Shown in pieces: positions 60,896 through 64,000 of a stretch of DNA of 64,000 nt. The stretch spans positions 12,594 to 76,593 of the forward strand of contig JAJRSW010000039.1 in the NCBI GenBank assembly GCA_024278595.1, read 5' to 3'. A model generated the notes under the pieces. The model worked only from the letters and a program-made list of their open reading frames with translations. It was not told the DNA's origin and ran no database searches. Source of the stretch: Fidelibacterota bacterium (GTDB lineage: Bacteria > Fidelibacterota > UBA8477 > JABMPR01). Made by a program: the position numbers and the translations under genes. Positions within the stretch are counted from its first letter, which is position 1, and each line of letters opens with the position of its first letter.

Positions 60896-61831
60896 TTGAG
60901 CAATCCCAGCTATTTTCCGTCCGTGAAAAAGAAGCTGCTACAGATACCTGTCCTATATATTGTTCTGATCCTGATCTGGGGGAGCACCTGGATCGCCATC
61001 AAAGTGAGTGTGGGTGAGGCACCCTTCATCATGGCAGCTATCCGCTTTTTCTTGGCTTCCGGATTATTGGTTACCTACCAGTTGATCAGACGAAAACCTT
61101 TATTACCGCCGCGTAGTCATGCCAGGATTATTGTAGCTCTCGGTATTGGGAACTTCTTTATTGGCTATGGTTTCACCTACTGGGGCATGCAGTACGTAAA
61201 TAGTAATATTACCTCTATTCTTTGGGCTACCCTGCCGGTCCAGGTTTCGGTTTTTGCCCACTTCATGCTCAAAGATGAGAAGATCAATTTTTCAAATGTG
61301 TTTAGTCTGGTTGGTGCCTTGATCGGTTCTTACCTGATATTTGATGTCCATGGTCAAAGTGTAGCTCCTCAAGCAGCCCTGGGAATGGCAGTCATTCTGG
61401 TTTCAATTTTCGGGTCTACCTATTCCAATGTACTTTATAAGAGAGAGGGGAGTCATCTTGATCCAGTCAATACCAATGCGGCGGCCATGCTTATTGGAGC
61501 CTGTTTGTTGTTTGTCTCGGGCTTGATCCTGGAACCGTGGGAACAGATCGAATTCACACTTCTCAATCTGGGCGCTACCGCCTACCTGGCACTTTTTGGT
61601 TCAGCCATCGGGTTTTCCATGTATTTCTGGTTATTGAAACACGTAACAGTGGTCAAGATGAGCTATACCACCTTCCTCATTCCGATTCTGGCTATTTTTT
61701 GGGGCTGGGTACTTCTGGGAGAATCACTGTCCCCTCTGAGTCTTACCGGTGCGGTCATCATTCTACTGTCTGTGGCTTTACCTGAATCAGGTCCCTTTAA
61801 GTGCTTCCAGGCCAGACGGGGGAGCAGATAA
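60896..61831 (+). CDS. DMT/EamA family transporter
   Basis: IWGSTWIAIK, about 10 TM segments in two repeats, LLGESL. Confidence 0.9.
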   Translation: MSNPSYFPSVKKKLLQIPVLYIVLILIWGSTWIAIKVSVGEAPFIMAAIRFFLASGLLVTYQLIRRKPLLPPRSHARIIVALGIGNFFIGYGFTYWGMQYVNSNITSILWATLPVQVSVFAHFMLKDEKINFSNVFSLVGALIGSYLIFDVHGQSVAPQAALGMAVILVSIFGSTYSNVLYKREGSHLDPVNTNAAAMLIGACLLFVSGLILEPWEQIEFTLLNLGATAYLALFGSAIGFSMYFWLLKHVTVVKMSYTTFLIPILAIFWGWVLLGESLSPLSLTGAVIILLSVALPESGPFKCFQARRGSR

Positions 61832-61924
61832 TGGTCTTCAAGCAACAAGTTGTATTTGCTTATGAGTCCACCTATATTGAAAGCCTAAATATAACGGGGA
61901 AAGGTCTTTAAAAAACAATATCTT

Positions 61925-62686
61925 ATGGCAAAAATTATCGCCATTGTCAATCAAAAAGGGGGCGTGGGTAAAACCACAACTTCAGTGAACCTGGCTGCTG
62001 GTCTAGCTGTGACAGAGCAAAAAACTTTACTCATTGATCTGGATCCCCAGGCAAATTCAACCGCTGGCCTGGGACATCCGGTGAGGGTGGATGGACAAAG
62101 TGTTTATCAGGTTCTGTTGGGACAATTTTCCCTGACTGAGATCTTACAGCAAAGTGAATTGCCCTTTCTGGATATCATTCCTTCCAGTCCATCACTGGTT
62201 GGGGCTGAAGTAGAACTGGTCTCAGCTATTGCCCGGGAGCGAATTCTAAAAGATGCTTTGGCTGAGATCGAGGATGAATACGATTTTGTCATTATTGATT
62301 GTCCGCCCTCCCTAGGTTTGCTGACCTTGAATGCTCTGACAGCTGCCCATTCCATCTTGATCCCCATCCAATGTGAATACTATGCGCTGGAAGGTCTGGG
62401 ACAGTTGTTGAATACGGTTAGGCGGGTCCAGAAAACCATTAATAAAGCGCTGGTCATCGAAGGTGTGCTCATGACTATGTACGATGGCCGTCTGAATCTT
62501 AGCAAACAGGTGGTGGAAGAAGTTAAGACCTATTTTAAAGAACGGGTGTACAAGACCTACATCAACCGCAATGTGCGTTTGAGCGAATCTCCCAGCCACG
62601 GAAAACCAATTATGCTCTACGATGCAAATTCTGTGGGAGCAGCTAATTATATGAATTTAGTGGAAGAGGTTCTGGAAAATGCCTGA
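61925..62686 (+). CDS. parA: Chromosome partitioning ATPase ParA/Soj
   Basis: [34 protein letters not shown]. Confidence 0.97.
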   Translation: MAKIIAIVNQKGGVGKTTTSVNLAAGLAVTEQKTLLIDLDPQANSTAGLGHPVRVDGQSVYQVLLGQFSLTEILQQSELPFLDIIPSSPSLVGAEVELVSAIARERILKDALAEIEDEYDFVIIDCPPSLGLLTLNALTAAHSILIPIQCEYYALEGLGQLLNTVRRVQKTINKALVIEGVLMTMYDGRLNLSKQVVEEVKTYFKERVYKTYINRNVRLSESPSHGKPIMLYDANSVGAANYMNLVEEVLENA

Positions 62687-63566
62687 AAAGACCAAACGGC
62701 TGGGGCGGGGACTGGATGCTATTCTTGATGCATTGGACAGCCCGGATGAGCAGGCATCTGCCATTGGTACTGCGGATCCTGGGCAGATAAGCCCAAACCC
62801 TTTTCAGCCACGCAAGGATTTTGATTCAGAAAATGCAGTTCAATCTTTTGAAGATCTAAAGGCATCCATCAAGTCCAAAGGGCTTATTCAACCAGTAACC
62901 GTCCGTGAAGTCGCTGGAAAATACGAGCTGATCGCCGGAGAACGCCGCTTGCGAGCTTGTCAGGAATTAGGCTTGGATAGCATACCTATTCATATTCTTG
63001 ATGTTGAAACCGATGTGGATATGATGGAGTTGGCCCTGATCGAAAATCTCCAGCGGGACAATCTGAATCCGCTGGATGAAGCCGCCGCCTATGAGCTCCT
63101 GGCCCAAAAGTATAAGCTTTCTCATGCGGAAATTGCTGAAAACATCGGTAAGAACCGGGCCACCATCACCAACACGCTCAGGTTGCTAAAATTGCCCACA
63201 GAAATAAAATTGGCACTAAAAAGTCTGGTGATCTCGGCTGGTCATGCCCGGGCGTTGCTCGGGTTAGAGACAAAACCAGAAATGGTCAATGTCTTCCAAT
63301 TGATCCGCCGCAATAATATGAGTGTTCGCGAAACTGAGAATTACATCAAGAAGCTCAAGGCGAAGTCCAGTACAGCTGAAAAAAAGCCAGCAAAAACCCA
63401 GACCAAATCGGTTTTTATTCGGAAGAGTGAGGAAACACTCATGACCGCTTTGGGAACCAGGGTTCAGATCAAGCCCGGCAAAAAGAAGGGCACCATCGAG
63501 GTAGAATATTTTGGGGATGAAGATTTGGGACGACTGGTCGAACTATTTGAATCATTAAAAAGGTAG
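62679..63566 (+). CDS. parB: Chromosome partitioning protein ParB/Spo0J
   Basis: [34 protein letters not shown]. Confidence 0.97.
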   Translation: MPEKTKRLGRGLDAILDALDSPDEQASAIGTADPGQISPNPFQPRKDFDSENAVQSFEDLKASIKSKGLIQPVTVREVAGKYELIAGERRLRACQELGLDSIPIHILDVETDVDMMELALIENLQRDNLNPLDEAAAYELLAQKYKLSHAEIAENIGKNRATITNTLRLLKLPTEIKLALKSLVISAGHARALLGLETKPEMVNVFQLIRRNNMSVRETENYIKKLKAKSSTAEKKPAKTQTKSVFIRKSEETLMTALGTRVQIKPGKKKGTIEVEYFGDEDLGRLVELFESLKR

Positions 63567-63707
63567 CTGCTAGAAATTTGAGACCGGGATACTTTGAAAA
63601 GAATTTGCGATCGAGCAAGAAAGCTTTCTGATCACTTTGCGTCATTTCGACGGGCTCAATGCAACGTTCTATGTGCTCTGGGTTAAACAGGAACTTATAA
63701 GGAATTC

Positions 63708-64000
63708 ATGAAGTACGAAAAATACACGATCCTGATCCTGCCAGACAACGAGGCTGCGGGCAGAACGATATCCATTACAGCAAGAATGGTCAATATTCTA
63801 AAATTAGTGGCCGTCCTGTGCATTGGTGCCATCCTCCTTTTTACCGTTTTCTACCTGCCGAAAGCGATGGATTTTCAGGAGATACAGCGCGAGAATGACT
63901 ATCTCTTGAGCGAACGCCAGGAAGTTGCCACTATCCTGAAGAATGCCAAACGGATCGAAGAGATCAATCATTTTATTGAAAGTACACTCGGGGGGCACTA
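63708..64000 (+). CDS. 5' part of a gene cut by the window end (possibly an M23 peptidase)
   Basis: ATG after AAGGA; MKYEKYTILILPD, TM helix, coiled coil; frame open to the window end. Product inferred from architecture and the parB context. Confidence 0.5.
   Translation, partial: MKYEKYTILILPDNEAAGRTISITARMVNILKLVAVLCIGAILLFTVFYLPKAMDFQEIQRENDYLLSERQEVATILKNAKRIEEINHFIESTLGGH

Noticed and set aside
61832-63707. parS site or replication origin near parAB
   Set aside because: No TGTTTCACGTGAAACA-like palindrome or DnaA-box cluster was spotted.

Overview
Chromosomal 64-kb segment of an FCB-superphylum bacterium. The FlgD/Por-type 'QNYPNPFNP' C-terminal sorting domains and dockerin-tagged secreted proteins suggest Ca. 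Marinimicrobia or a relative; this placement is inference. Layout: (1) 0-14 kb housekeeping genes (amidase, murI, folC, rho, aminotransferase, rpmE, prfA), then an ECF sigma/anti-sigma, glutaredoxin and a solo groES. (2) About 14.2-27.8 kb accessory island with three AAA_14/DUF4143 ATPase genes, several gene remnants and cohesin/dockerin secreted proteins. It also holds the best novelty candidate: a tightly linked trio of a divergent sigma-like protein, a soluble zinc-finger (HxxxCxxC) anti-sigma-like protein, and a membrane-anchored Lon-type Ser-Lys protease domain fused to an extracytoplasmic beta-propeller. (3) 28-36.7 kb thiol/sulfur redox cluster (CoA-disulfide reductase, OsmC, rhodanese, TlpA-DUF6029-Omp28, cytochrome c peroxidase). 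(4) TetR-fadE-fadA-fadN beta-oxidation operon. (5) hypABFCDE, with a four-helix-bundle gene inserted and a frameshift just after the hypF start. (6) S8 protease with dockerin. (7) MerR-psrABC-yeeE-yeeE-rhodanese operon. (8) parAB. Intergenic gaps are densely filled with REP/MITE-like palindromes and short tandem repeats. No CRISPR array, rRNA, tRNA, integrase or transposase was recognised. All family calls come from motif recognition by eye, not database searches.
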